From: Tubiluchus corallicola
Lineage: Eukaryota; Animalia; Priapulida
NCBI GenBank assembly: GCA_030141605.1
Contig: JAQGDQ010000291.1
Span: 105,071-169,070, forward strand
Length of the DNA stretch: 64,000 nucleotides
Direction: 5' to 3'
Positions 50,360 to 64,000 of this stretch are shown piece after piece (the stretch's first letter is position 1; every line of letters starts with the position of its first letter). The position numbers were made by a program, and so were the translations under genes. Under the pieces are notes generated by a model. That model had not been told where the DNA came from. It saw only the letters and a program-made list of their open reading frames with translations, and made no database searches.

Positions 50360-51761
50360 AGTAATATATGCCTAAGTTATTAGCTACAACTTTTCTATTA
50401 AATATGATTAACGAAATTGTCTGCATAATTCTTTCTATAAACTATGACTATATCCGTAACTATTTTGGCTTTAATCAGGCCCACATTGTTTTACAACATA
50501 TTGTAATACCATTACTTCATAATGTTACATTTTGTCTGTGATTGCACATGGTTTAGTAAGCCTTGAGCAATGAATAGTTATTTTAATCAAAATCTTTTAC
50601 TCACTTATGTGATCTGTTTTGTTTTACTGTAAATTATATAATATATTCATATGTATGTGTAGTTTATAAAACTATTTGTATTAAATTATTGTACTTTTGT
50701 TTTACACTGTATTATGAAAAAGCTCTGAGCATAAGTTTCGTATCTGAGAGTATGGGAACCACAACACAGTTCAACCATGAAAATTAATCTTAACTGTTGT
50801 GTTTTACAGTGTTGTGTGATACTAAATTTTATTTTTTACTTACATATAAAATTATTTTAAATGTTCTAAAAAGTACAGTCTGTTTTTTATCTTTTTAGTT
50901 GGCAGCAGGCTTAAGTATAGTGCACTATAAAAACGCTTTTTAAACTCATAATATGCATGGTTGTATAAATGTACAAGGTTACGGTTAATACATTGTACAA
51001 CAGTATAAGTAATGTGTATAGGCACAGTTATACAAGTATAGTTACATCTATACAGAAATCACACATAGAGGGCTCTGAATCTAACCGTGTTGTGTGTGAT
51101 TTAACTACAACAGCATCAAGTGTTTAAGGTATTACATGTTTAAAGCAAGCAATCCATAATTAATTATACTCTATTACCATTTATTGTACTTTTGTAATAA
51201 CAATCAGCGAAAAACACCATAGGCATATATTTTTCAGACTGTAGCTTCTGACATTGTATTATACGTATTATGTAACATATCAATTTTCAATAAAAGATGT
51301 TAAAAAGAATACCGGTAATTTTGTTGTAAGGTGTAATAACGAAATGTTGAATAACAGTTATTATTCTAAAATGGATTTTGCGAGGAAATGACAAAAATCG
51401 TGGTGATGTTTACAGAATAGCTACTACCTCATAGGAAGAGGCTAATTAAAGCTTTAAGGCTAGAAGTGTTCTGAAAGAACTATTTCAGTGATTAGAAAAT
51501 TGGTAATTTCAACAAAGTATTATATCGTTTGAGTGAATTTCTGGTAAATAAGTGAGTTGTCACTATGTATTCTCACAGCTTAGTTACTAAAGATAAGCAA
51601 ACGCGTGTTCTATATTGTGTTCTATTTGGTAAACTCCATCTAATCATGACAACAAGGTATTATCTTGAAATAATGTTTTCATTTAGCGATAAACTTGGCA
51701 TGCGAAAGATTTCAATGTTAGATAAAATGTCAGGCAACAACGACATATAGTAAAGAGAACC

Positions 51762-52086
51762 TGTTAAATTATGGTAAAAGCAGTAGATTATGATAAATAA
51801 TTATGTTGGTAGATGCTGGTATGATGAAGCCAGTTAAGGAGTGGTGTCATGTGATTGAGTGATCCAGGAATTGAGGTGCCGGGGCATAAAGCGTGCGAGG
51901 TCTCCAGCTCGAGGATTTAGTCTTAGATTGAATCTGGGAGCCCGTGCGTACAGACAGCCGTTAGATCAGGGGCTTTGGCATCGCTGTCTATTATATTTAT
52001 TGTGTTGATGTTTAATAAACGTGTCATTTTATAATCAGACTCTTCATAGCTTTGCCATTCCTCAAGCATCAATAAGCAGCTACACA
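51762..52086 (+). mobile_element. Possible solo LTR
   Basis: TG...CA boundaries, internal CATAAA and AATAAA, locally GC-richer, near-matching 5-bp flanks GAACC/CAACC. Confidence 0.35.
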
Positions 52087-52506
52087 CAACCAATACAACG
52101 CACTATCCACTATACAACGAAATTAATTTTACTCATATCGTCCCTTTCACTTCCACTAACATGTTCGAGGCACATATGGAAGCTTCTAGCCATGAAAAAC
52201 TCTGCACTTTTAAATCAGTTAATGAGCTACTATATAACAAATACTTTAGCTGATCTCACAATTTTAATTATTAAGAACATTTGGCCACTTGTCATAACAT
52301 ACACAATAGACTATAGATCAAAATATGCTATAGTCTAAAAAATGCCGTTTTTTTAATTTACAAGACACATTATAAAAATAAGGATGGCAGTATAATCTAA
52401 TGAGACCCTGATTATGGTAGTTGTTCCGCTCATTAAATCAATTCCAAAACATTCAGTTGCACACACAGAAAGCAAATGGTGTCAATTGTAACAACGAAAC
52501 TTCTGA

Positions 52507-53336
52507 TTAGACGTCTTCAAAGGTGACTTTCTTTCCTTCAAATGGCAATATTCGAGATTCCATTTCCTTTTTTCTTTTGCTTGCGAGCCAGGATGGATGC
52601 AGCTCATCAGTTTTGGAGATGCCTGGCTTCTTTCCTACAAATGTGGCTTCATTAGTAAGTCCTGAAATGAAAAATAAACATCTCCACTTAAACTTGTTTT
52701 TATTAGTGAAATATTGTCACATTTCTTACTTTCTCCAGAACATCTTAATTAGCAATATTAATTAAAGACTGTAGTCAACAGATTATAGGCTATAAAATGA
52801 GGACGGACGAAGCCAAGTGAAATGCAGTTTGAAGCCAAGTGAAGTGTAGTTTTGTTGTAACTCTCCTACTCTTACCTTTCTTGTACTTTGTTCCTAGTGA
52901 TTTTGGTCTTGACTGAACAGCGGCCTTCCGTGATGTACGAACTTCATGAAAACTGTTCTGTTCGAGCTTCCTCTTTGCAGAACTGAAAAATACGTCAATT
53001 ATATAAAATGCTGCAGCATTGTTAGCATTCAGACAACTGCAAAATAGAAAAAAAATCTTGACAACTACAACCAGAGGAAAATATCATGTATATTTGAGGC
53101 TAAATAGCTGAGTAGACATTAAACAAAGCTAGAATTTTAAGTAACTGGATGAGTGACCACCACTAAAACTGCTTTTTGGAGGTTGCCATACATTCTCTGT
53201 CTATCCAAACCTTGTTAAATACCCCCTTTATATTGCCAAACTGCTTAATGCCAAAATTTTTAGCCATATTATTCATATGGCTAAATATCCATATTTTATG
53301 TATGTATTAATGCACCTCATTGTAATGCCAAATTTG

Positions 53337-53380
<44 letters not shown>

Positions 53381-54469
53381 CTGAACAGGGCTAAGATTTA
53401 TGGTAGTGACATCACTATATGTCTATAATAAATGTGTGCTGCGCTGAATGCTGGAATTCAATTGTAGAATACAAATTGCAACGTAGATGGCAACAAACCT
53501 TGAAAACGTTTTCTGTTTCCACGGAAACAATTTTTTCCTGTAGCGTTCGGCAGCTGTGGCAAACTTTCTTCCTGTCCCTTCATGAGTACGATCGGAAAGT
53601 TCTGCAGTGGGGAGTGATGGTACAGTATCTACTTTGTGTCCTTCTGCAGTGGGGAGTGATGGTACAGTATCTACTTTGTGTCCTTCTTCATCACTGCTCT
53701 CATCGCCAACACCTGCAAAGAAATCGTCCTTGGCTTTTTTGGGTTGAGCTTGTTCGGTTCCTTGCAGAAGCTTGAGTGTATCAACTTCATCTTTAACTGG
53801 CATGTCAATGTAGTCAAAGTCATCATTATCTTTTAAGTTGATCTGCTTTAAAGCCATATTGGTCAAATTAGTTCTTCTAGGTGGCTTTTTAATCACTTTT
53901 ACAACAACATCTTTCCTGTGTCGCTTTGCTTTACCTTTAAGGAAGCCTTTTAATCTGCTGTTTGTTTTGTTTTCTTCGAGCAGTTTGGAAGTCTCAGAAT
54001 TCGTTAGACGAGTTTCATCAACTTCTGAAACTGACACCTGAAGATTAGTTCTCTTGTTTTCATTCAAATTTTTTCCCTTCTGATTTGCCGACTCGTCAGT
54101 TTTTATTTCACTGTCACTGTCTGCAGAAAATGCACTAAACATATCTAAATTGTCATAATTCAGGCAAGTTTCAGCCAAGCTGTTATTACTGCTGGATTTC
54201 CTGTCACTAAACTCATCACTCTGAGGCACGTTAACTCTTGTAGGGGTGTCCTTGCTTTCATCGTTCTCTACCACTATGTTAATTATTTCCTTTTTCTCCT
54301 TTTTGCTTAAACGCTTATTGTGTTTGGCCGCAAAGCTTGTTACCATTGACTTCCAGTTAGGATGGCTGTTACGAAATGCATCAACCCTAGCTTGCACTGT
54401 CTTATGAGAAGCTAATTTTCTAGCCATTACTGTTTCGTCATTTTCTGACTGAAAAATAACAAATACATT

Positions 54470-54517
<48 letters not shown>

Positions 54518-57268
54518 CGTGCATGCATGCATGTATGTATGTATGTGTGTATGTATGTATATAAGAATGTATATACTTATGCATGTAGGTATATATGCAT
54601 GCATGTATATATGAATGCATCTATAAATATAAATACATATGTGTGTATATATAGTAGAATTGAATGAAGTGTTGCAGCACGTAAGAACCCAAATTACATA
54701 CATGTTACAAGCAAGCTAATAATGCAATGCTTACGAAATGTAACAATTTCGTAAAAAATTTCAACATTATTTCACTTTAGGTTTGACACAAAGAGTCCAG
54801 TGACACAAAGAGAAAGTGAATCCCTGTGTGTGTGTGTGTGGGCAACATCATCCAGTTTTGCTTTCTACAAAGAAAAACATGAAAACGATTGTGTTCATAT
54901 GGTGTGAATTAAGATGGCACCAAAATCAGAATTTTTTAAAAAGTGATTTAATGGGGAGTTATTCTTTTATATATACTTGTTATTTACATCTTGTTTGGGC
55001 TATGAACACATTATCAGGGATGAGAATGACAAATTGCAAAAACTTTGAAACAGGCCCCCTTGGAGCCAGCAACAAATTGCAATTTTGTGACCATAGAGAG
55101 CCTCTAAGTGGATTTAAAATATCAATTACCTAGTTTCATGCATAATTTAAAATACCAAACTATCAAGTATACATGATACCTAATTGTCTCAAAAACGCCT
55201 AAGTACAGGCCGCTCCTATGCAAAAGTATATAAAAACTGTCTGCAATTGACTCAAATAACTTCGCACAATTGATTCTATATTTTTATACATAGAGATATA
55301 CACGTGGTTACACTGATGTACGTGATGTAAACAAAGCGATGGCATGCCAACTAGCGGTCAGCCTGTGAAATAATGTACTGGGTCCGTAAAAATTTTCTCA
55401 ATGAATTTACGCGATCTACAAAAGTGGCACTACTGGTCTTCCAAAAACTCGGAATTCCGCGTATCCGCGGAAAAATCTCATCCCTGAAGATGGCACCAAA
55501 ATCAGAATTTTTTAAAAACTGATTTAACGGGGAGTTATTCTTTTTTATATACTTGTTATTTAGATCTTGCTTGGGCTATGAGCACATTATTGCTTAAGGC
55601 TTTCTTGAAGTTGAGATGAACTTAAGAAGCACTTCAGTTGCATTGCTGATTCCATAGTAAAGTACATAAATACATTTTGTACTACAGAAGAATTTAGCAA
55701 TACCTGATAGGACAATCAAAAGTCGCACATGTCAAAAAAACTAATTATGAACTTCTTGTTGGGTTGTTTAATCAAATGTTTCCTGTATGAAACAAATCAC
55801 AAACCTTTATGAGAAAAATTTCTCGCAGGAAGCGATCGGCTTTCAGTTTGTTTTTCTGCAAACGTTTCTCTGTGCCTCTGCAAAATGAAGTTTTAAAGCA
55901 ACAAAAATAATACTGGAATTTGGCAGCTTCTAGAACAGTATTTATGAAATAATAACTAATACAAACAGTTTATACAAAAATACTACACGAAGCAAAAAGT
56001 CACTTGATTGGCTTTGGTGTCAAAGATTGTAGAAAAACATACAGAATAGTAAACTAGCAGCATCTACATGACAGACAATGTTATAACATGAAGCGTGATA
56101 AATTTACAGGAAAACTATTTCATTTAATTATAATATTTATTGTACGATACGTATACCCAATTAAAGTTCTAAACATGGTATAATTATTTGTTGCCTAGTA
56201 TACTGCTCTCACCTTCTTTTCAATAAAATTTTTCTTTTTCTTGTAATTTTGTGTATTGCGTGTACCTTGGCTTGCTTTAAAAGAGGTCGCAGCTTGACAA
56301 CCTACAAAATCAAGAATTTACGGCCATTAGAGTTGAGTCTCGAGCACATTCGGATGATCCGGCACATGTTTGAGACAGTGAAGAAAGTAACAATGTAATT
56401 TCTGCGTAGAATTGATAGGGAAACGACTAAACGATGCATTCTAGGTCAGTTTTTTCCATTACCTATTTGCTTCCATTCTATTTCATGTTGCAGTTTAGCA
56501 AATTCCACCATTCATTTTGTGTATAATGTTTTGCACTACTGTTTTTAAGAAAAGGTTGGACAACCTCTGCGCTAGGCCCCCACTGAGGATACGGATATAT
56601 ATGTATATGATTTGTCCAGAAGATTACTTTGCCAAAACAACATAAGGTAACTTAAGATAAGGTGTAACACTTAAGGTAAACATTATAGCTATACCAGAAC
56701 AACAAACAACTTATCAAACAGTAGTTACAAATCGTAAGGCAGTTAAAACGATATCACTATAAAATGTAAACACAAGCACTAACAACTGCCAATGTTGCAG
56801 CAGATTGTAGCTTAACTCCGCATTGCTAGCCGCAAGCTGTTTATGTTGGCAATTTTGTGTAAATATTAGCGCAACGTCCCACAGATCGAAATTTAAAAAA
56901 TCAGGTGCATCTGGGTATTATGCAGTGCATGAGAAAGTAGTCATTCCACCAACAACACGTGCACCCTCGGCTTGCTGTGGCGATGTCTGTTGACTGAAAA
57001 CGACACTAATCCATGAGATTTCATTTTTAACTAGCGATTATTGGCTCTCCTGTTAGCATATGCACAATACAATAGCCAGATTTCTATTGTACAGAATGTG
57101 AAAAAATTAAAACGTCAACCTTCAAAACATTCCATTTTTCACGAAAGGTAAAAACTGATATCTTGCAGATTTTATTTCTCAATTGGGATACGCATAGTCT
57201 TACACTAAATATCATTATCTCACCTCTTCATTTACAACCTTAAATGGCACAGGTTGCCCTTCAGTCAT
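52507..57268 (-). CDS. SRFBP1: Serum response factor-binding protein 1 (BUD22 domain)
   Basis: Exons 57268-57224 ([15 protein letters not shown]), 56301-56213 ([22 protein letters not shown]), 55877-55805 ([24 protein letters not shown]), a partial exon from 54864, 54448-53499, 52982-52876 and 52661-52507, ending [13 protein letters not shown]...[11 protein letters not shown] (BUD22 signature). Confidence 0.88.
54472..54652. repeat. (GT)n / (ATGT)n microsatellite
   Basis: Visible directly; intronic; it inflates the 426-aa ORF call. Confidence 0.95.
55015..55486. mobile_element. MITE with CAGGGATGAGA TIR flanked by 104-bp direct repeats
   Basis: CAGGGATGAGA at 55015 and TCTCATCCCTG ending at 55486; direct repeats at 54911-55014 and 55487-55590. 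Confidence 0.8.
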
Positions 57269-58479
57269 TATTGAAATTTTACTGAAACCGCTAGTTACAT
57301 TTTGTTAAAGTTTACAAGCACGTTAAGCGAAGTGAGTCCACAGATTTTAAAGTTCACAACGAAAACTTATCTTTTTTCATTTACTGTTGTTAGGCAAATT
57401 AGTGTATGCCACAAAAAACATTGTCGAATTAATTTGAGATAAATAGCCATTTTTGTCTTTTTTCAAATTTTCGGTTTTTCCATGACATCCATGCATATCA
57501 TATCATATGCCCATTACGTCTATTGTAGACATTAGGCATGCAGTCTTCTAAAATAAAAGAAACCTGCCTTCCAGACAGGTAAATTTTTATACAGCACGTT
57601 TATCGCCGATGATAGGCAATATGGGTAAAATCCTATCAGAAAACTTTGCTGTTCAATTTAATGCAGTTTATTGTAACAGTTTACCCCACTTGGCTGACAT
57701 TGAGCAACAGGATTGGTTATAATAGTAGTAGAGTAATAAAAATGTTATTTACTGTCGAAATAATTCAAAAGACAGTATTAGTCGATGGCTATTTCCGACA
57801 AATAAAAAATAAAACTAAATAAAAATTCTACACTGTACGAGCAGAATACGAGATTGACATGACTACGTCTCTACAGACGTGCCATCTGTGGGCACTGGGC
57901 AGTAGCACACATTTTGGTAGAAACGGTAAAATACAAATTACTCTGTGTTTAGTATAGGTATATTAGAGATTTATGACAAGTTGGCTTAATCACAAAGGGT
58001 TTAGATGACATTTAACAGGATAATTACAAATGTAAAATATTTCGACAAGGGTTCACAAGCAAATTGGCCGATTGAGAATCTTTAAATATATTAAGAAGTG
58101 AAAGACTGTTACTTCGTAGGTAACTCAGCAAATTAAGTATTCACAGGAGGCTTTTTTCTAACACTTTTTCCCAGCACATTTGAATTTGTTTAATTCAAAT
58201 GATTAATAATTCAAACATTAAACATACCAAGAATATTAATATATAGATCCCTGTGCGCTCGCGCCTCTGATGTCGGAGAGCCCCTGACCCTGATTTTTAA
58301 TTATTTCATTGTCTTAGGCATCCAGTTTTACATTTTTAAATCATGTTAACTCTGCTGGCAAAAGGCTACAGTCACGAAACTTCGAGGGTAAAATATCGAG
58401 GCTGGGGCCTTGAAAGTGTTGTGGTGGATGATGACCTTGGTCAAACGATTAAGGACATTGAACCTTGGTCAATTATCCA

Positions 58480-58645
58480 ATTGCCATTCAACAGTTCCTC
58501 GGGCTCTTTTAAAGGGGATATAGCAGTTCGTACAATCACTGCTATAGATTATAAAATTGTGCACTGTACAATTTCTCGGGTTTGGAAAACGCATTTGCAA
58601 TGAACTAAAAGAGTTCACATTGAATTACTCGGCTCGTTTATGAAA
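58480..58645 (+). mobile_element. Possible degenerate LTR-retrotransposon integrase C-terminal (GPY/F-like) fragment
   Basis: FKG..AVRTITAIDYKI ... KRVHIELL pattern across a frameshift. Confidence 0.25.
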
Positions 58646-58724
58646 TCTCTTAACAATTTTGTGGACGAGCATAAAGAATAAAAAGTAATCTTTTCATAAT
58701 AATTTTGGCATGACTATCGTGAAA

Positions 58725-59280
58725 CCCTCAATCTCTCCTTAAAAAGGTTTAAACTCGGTGCACTAACCACTCTTTCTGGCAAACTATTCCATGTTCTGCT
58801 CCATGATTATAATTACTTAATATTTAAAAAACTTTTGATGTTAAACTAATTGGAGAAAATAATGTTCTATGTCAAGGCAGCAAACTAAGTCCAATTAAAG
58901 TATTTTTGTCTACAAATGTACTTGTATAATATGATTTGTAACATTGGTGCTGTTTGTTTATTATTGGTGTAATAACATTGGTAATATCGTGACTAATTGT
59001 AATTTATTGATATTATTTTATTTGTAATTTGTAAAACTATTTTTACTACGCAGTGTGAAAAAAATGAACTTTTACAATTAGTTCTTGCATACGGTTTACA
59101 CAATTTCTTAGAATGTCCGTGAGTGGACAGCAGAGCTGCAGCCTTAAATAGTGTATCACAGCTAACGCGGTTGTCTCCATTTATGTACTTGAATACTTCA
59201 TACAAGTCAGCTGTTTCTCTTCTCTGTTGGAGGGAACAAATCTCAGGATGTGAATAAGCTGCATAACATAATCGTAGGCA
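58725..59280 (-). mobile_element. CR1-like LINE 3' fragment split by a ~250-bp AT-rich insert
   Basis: SLQQRRETADLYEVFKYING...THGHSKKLCKPYARTNCKSSFFSHCVV (59235-59045) resumes as TWNSLPERVVSAPSLNLFKERL (~58795-58730). Confidence 0.75.
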
Positions 59281-59549
59281 CCAATCTCTTGATGTCGAAT
59301 TGTAACGATGGTGATCATACTACACTAGAATACTGTAATAATGGTCGCACATAAGCTTTGTAGAGAGATTAACACCTGCTTAGGATCCTGGTTAACAAAA
59401 CATCTTTTAATCACAGTAGACAGCAGGAAAGTAAATATAGCTCGCCTTTCTTGTATTCCACAGAAAAAGATTTGCCATTTAAAAAAACCTTGCTATCTTT
59501 GCTTTTCTGCCTGGCTACGTTAAGTTGCTGTTAATTTCGTGGGAGTATA

Positions 59550-59753
59550 CAGTATCATCCGATCTTAACAGTCGCCAAACGTGCTAATTATTACAGTATT
59601 CAGTCAAAACTCGTTAAAACGCATCCCCTTCTATAATGCCAACCTCGATTTGCATAGACATACATGTATTAATGCACCTCGTTATAATGCCAAACCCGCT
59701 ACAAAACCAACACTTTTGGAGTCCAAAGCAGGTGGCATAAAGAGGTTCGACTG
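59550..59753. mobile_element. Partial pogo/Tigger-like MITE
   Basis: Right end GGCATAAAGAGGTTCGACTG|TA with internal TATAATGCC repeats. Confidence 0.5.
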
Positions 59754-62185
59754 TAGTTTCCAACTCAATGGGCACTTATCACATTAGGTAGATAATTCAG
59801 AAAAAAATGCAAACAATATGCATAACCTAAAACAACCTTTTATTAAGATAATGGAAATTCACATATTAGTGTGGTACACATCAGTTTTAAAGGATGGAGA
59901 CATTAAATACACTACTATGTAGGCGAGAAAGTTGTACACTGCAGCAAGAGTATGGCAAATAAATATGAAATGAGCAGAATGACTTTTTTTGATCAAAGAA
60001 AAATCCATAAATTTATCATTTTATCAGAATAGAACAAGATAACAAAAAAAAAGTTAATCACTTCTACACAGGTCACTTTGTTTGTGACAATCGTTTGCCC
60101 TACTTAGAACACCAGGTAAGTTCTTTTCTCAGAAAAGATCATTCCGGAATATGTTCCTTCTGCACAAATTTTGTAAAATCGCACTAACAATTTACTGAAA
60201 AGCAAAACAAGACATTTTGTGACAATACACTGAGATAGAGTGGAAAAAAATTAATATGCAGTTTTGTAAACTGAAAACTAATATGACTTGCATTTAATTA
60301 GTACTGATCGAATCAAAATAATTGTTACTGACAAAATGAATTGAATAGTGGCAATCTGGATATCCAAATACATCTTACTCGCTTTCAGTTATAATAAGAC
60401 AGATAACTTTACCAAATATACAGCACTTGTATCAAACAATCAATGGTATAAATCACCCGATTCATAACAATCCAACACAAAAAATCTAATATAATCACAA
60501 AATGGTAATAATTATGAATAATTACGATAATGATGACAGACTCGACAAAAAAACAATAACTTTCAAATTCACAATACACGTTTTGCTTAACGCAGCAGTG
60601 CATTGATCAAAAAAGTTATATTTACAACAAAAATATACATACAACGTTACAGTATATTACAAGTATAATTTCTGCTCTAACTACGCGCATAAAATTCTTA
60701 TTTCTGTACATGTACGTAAGTGTACAAATCAAAATGATTATTTTCCGCTTGGTAGACTAGATGAAAAAAGGCTAAGTTTATTACTGTAGTTGAGCATTAA
60801 TAAAAGTATTTCATAACATCAACTTGAAACCAAGAGTTTTACTGATGCATACTACTGTGATACGCAACATCCAAATTCAACAGATCACATGCTATTATAA
60901 ACACGTGCAGCATCACATTCAAGTATTCAATATTACAGCTAAATCTAGTTCGATGACTTTAATTAATTTGAATAATTAGAGAATTTCGATGTGTTTACGT
61001 AAAACTTGTACAAAAAGTGAAAAGACTAACAGTTACCACCTACTACAGAGTGCATGTTAAATTTGTACATAAAAGTAAACAACAGCAGCAAGTCAACAAT
61101 TCTCTGTAGCTGTAGGTTAAAACATTTATATATTATCAAGCCACTCCTCCAAGGCACTTTCTCTTTTTCAAGCTGTGCCATTCACTCTGGGTATAAAGTT
61201 TACGATTATTCTTAGAACCCCTGAAAATTATACAACAAGCTGGCTGAATTTTCCAGAACTATGTACTTTATTGCCAGAAATACTGTAGAACTAAAATAGC
61301 TACTATCGCCCGTTGACTCCAACGCCTCACTTTAGGAACTTGCACTTACCAAATCAAATTTATCGCTCTGTGACACTTATTACTATCAATTAAATGATCT
61401 TACACGCACACACCTTTAATAGTAAATTCCTGAGTAGCTAATATATTCATCAACTTTCATGCCCTCATCACAATCATGCCATAAACCCATAAATTCCCCC
61501 TTATCCACACGAACTCATAATTTATACAAAGAGAATAACACACTTGTAGGCTAATCACAGTATGTCAGCTTTTAATAAGGTCAGTGCTATAAACTTGGTT
61601 AGATACAGTCTTGCACAAACAATGTCTAGATACAAGCACACATGAAGTGTAGATACAAGCACACATGAAATATTTATAAAGGACGCAGACAATCTCGTAT
61701 TAAGTAAATAACTAAATAATACAAGAAGCTCAGTTTACATAGAATAGTAATTGTTAATTAACAAACTATCAGTTATTTTTGTCTATAGGAAGTTATCTAA
61801 GATTTTGATTGAAGCTATATTTAGCTACGCTATGCAAAAGTAAAAGAAGAAACAGTTACCAGTTTACTCACCATAGGTGTAATGTGGTTAGTATTTTAGT
61901 ATAAAAAATGCTAAAATTGTATGTTAGTAAGATAAAAAACACATACACGCAAATGTTATACACATAACGCAGCACGTATCTAGGAAGTTGACAAAAATTT
62001 AAAATCTTTAATTAAAGAACAGCCAAAGGTAAAGGTTTTATAGCATTAGATTACCCTACATCTAAATGAAAAGATTATTGCAGCAAAGAGCAATAAAATT
62101 ATGGATAAAAGCTGACTTGCAAACTTGATGCTAACACTCTAAATTTGAATGAATTTCTTATGCGAAGCTATTATCACTAAGCAAT

Positions 62186-63404
62186 TTACGACTTTGGATT
62201 CCTATGCCTCAAGTCTTGATCCTTGTGGTCGTTAGCATTTTTCCTGAAAACACAAACATTAAGTAAGCGCCTTCATTTTCTTCTTCTTCAGGTTTATGTT
62301 GTTAGAAATATTAACAATTCGTGTTTAAACTCTCTAAATAAAGTCCTATAAAAGCGTTTTTTGGCTGAACACGTGCAGTCAATGAATGGCACACAATAGT
62401 AATGATTGGCAAAACTAGAAACCAGGTCGACATATATAAATAACAAGAAACAACATTATCAAAATTGAGTTTGTTTTCGAGCCTTGCCTTTTGGATGTTT
62501 TAAATAACTGTCTGTGTCAAATTAGTAAAAAACCAAAAAATTATCAAAAAAAAACCATTATAGTTCAGTTGGGAAATCCCTTTCTCCAGACAAAAATTGC
62601 ACAAAAATCAGCAATTGAGAATTTCTCAGGATTTATCAAGATTCATATGCCGACATTATTTAAAGGAAGACAGGATGATTTTTCATATACTACCCGTCAT
62701 TTTCAAGTCCGATAAAACGTATACATTTTAACACAATTAATACAGCAAAAGGGTTTCTGATTATTAAATAATAGATTAACAATTTAATTAATGGCAGGCG
62801 AGCCCAACTACTGATGAGATCACAAGGTAACATAATTTTCAAGAGCTAAAATATTCCGTGAGAGTGTTGCACGTGTTTGCGAAAGCGGAAATTAAAGTAC
62901 AGTGCTATTGTAAGATATTCAGTGTGTTGTACTAAAACTAGGCAAGTTTTTAAATAAAAATTCAAATTTCAAATTTGCCGCTGTGCTCAAGCATGAGCTG
63001 TCAAACCTTCGTAGTTCTCGTCAGAAACCAACACATTTAAACCGAGAGGTACAGCACCTGTGTTTCCAAAATGCAAGCACTACTAGCGAATGATGAAATG
63101 TATGTAACAGCGAAGAACTAGTGGCACGAAAGCGAAATTACTTTTGTGTGGTAATAATTCTTTTACGCAAGTCATTTTTGAAAATATAGTACGTCTCCCT
63201 TCAATGTTTTGACCTACAGTATTGGATCCGGTTTTGCTTTAACAATTTCTAGTAAGCAAGTAAACACTACTTACATGTTTTCAGCCGCGCCGTCATCGTC
63301 TTCTTCATCTTTGCTACGCTTTTTCTCGTAGATAAAGATGATGAGGCACAAGATGGCAACCTCGGCACATATACCCAAGAATGGCCATAAAGCAGCCAGC
63401 TTAT
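62186..63404 (-). CDS. BSG: Basigin/neuroplastin-family Ig protein, last coding exons (5' part lies beyond the window)
   Basis: Exon 63404-63275 encodes DKLAALWPFLGICAEVAILCLIIFIYEKKRSKDEEDDD (signature TM with intramembrane Glu). Exon 62243-62186 encodes KNANDHKDQDLRHRNPKS*, resembling the basigin/neuroplastin RQRN tail. Confidence 0.9.
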
Positions 63405-64000
63405 CTGTAACACAATATTTGCAAATATTTTTGTGTTATGCAAAGCTGAAGTGTCACGGCAGCCATAGATCAGATTTTGGCTGTGAAATTTACAAGTTTT
63501 TAATCTTGGTCATTTTTAAGTTATAGCTGAACAGCTTTTGTATGTTAAAAAATAAAATGCTGGAAGAATATCAGCAAAATATAAATTGAAAAATAGCAGC
63601 ATTGATCTATAAAGCACTGAATAAAAGGCGGCAAAACAATAAAGAGATCAACTAGTTCATGGTTTTCAACACAGAAAATAAATCACTGAAAATGAATGGT
63701 TACCACAGAGTGATGCGGAGGAACTGTAGGCAAAAATTTTTGCTGTTGGGACCAAACACACCTTAGAGAAGTGTGAAACAGCATCGTCTAGTTTACAGTG
63801 AAAATAGCGGACACAAGGAGCATTTGCTGTAAATATTAATAATAGTGACACACAAAGTTTTTTCCAGTATTTATTCTGACTCGTTGTTTTAGACTTCTGT
63901 ACCTTTTGGAAAAATTGAATGAAATGAAGAAAATCTAATCTAATCTACTGAAAAGACCTAAACTTTTTGGTGATCGTCTGCAACATCAGTGCACATTGCA

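Noticed and set aside
54449-54703. N-terminal part of the 426-aa ORF
   Set aside because: Intronic microsatellite read-through upstream of the acceptor at 54449.

Overview
AT-rich eukaryotic (invertebrate animal, plausibly lophotrochozoan) genomic DNA with spliceosomal introns; there are no prokaryotic features or CRISPR arrays. Six genes were reconstructed by hand from GT-AG junctions: a TMEM221/Jiraiya-like membrane protein (+, 3 coding exons), MAP2K5/MEK5 (-, 17 coding exons), MAP3K2/3 (MEKK2/3; -, single coding exon), HS1BP3 (+, single coding exon), SRFBP1/BUD22 (-, one exon apparently disrupted) and the 3' end of a basigin/neuroplastin-family gene (-). Introns and intergenic DNA carry a 5S-rRNA-headed SINE with an RTE-like body (4 copies), tRNA-SINEs, hAT-, pogo- and Kolobok-like MITEs, LINE remnants and many tandem repeats. 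Most interesting: (1) the two consecutive PB1-coupled kinases of the ERK5 cascade (MEKK2/3 then MEK5) are immediate co-oriented neighbours; (2) a 17-unit 48-bp intronic array of two hairpins whose substitutions mostly preserve pairing; (3) a 5S-derived SINE with a bipartite RTE-like body; (4) a TIR element flanked by 104-bp direct repeats next to a broken SRFBP1 exon. Homology calls rest on recalled family motifs, not on database searches.
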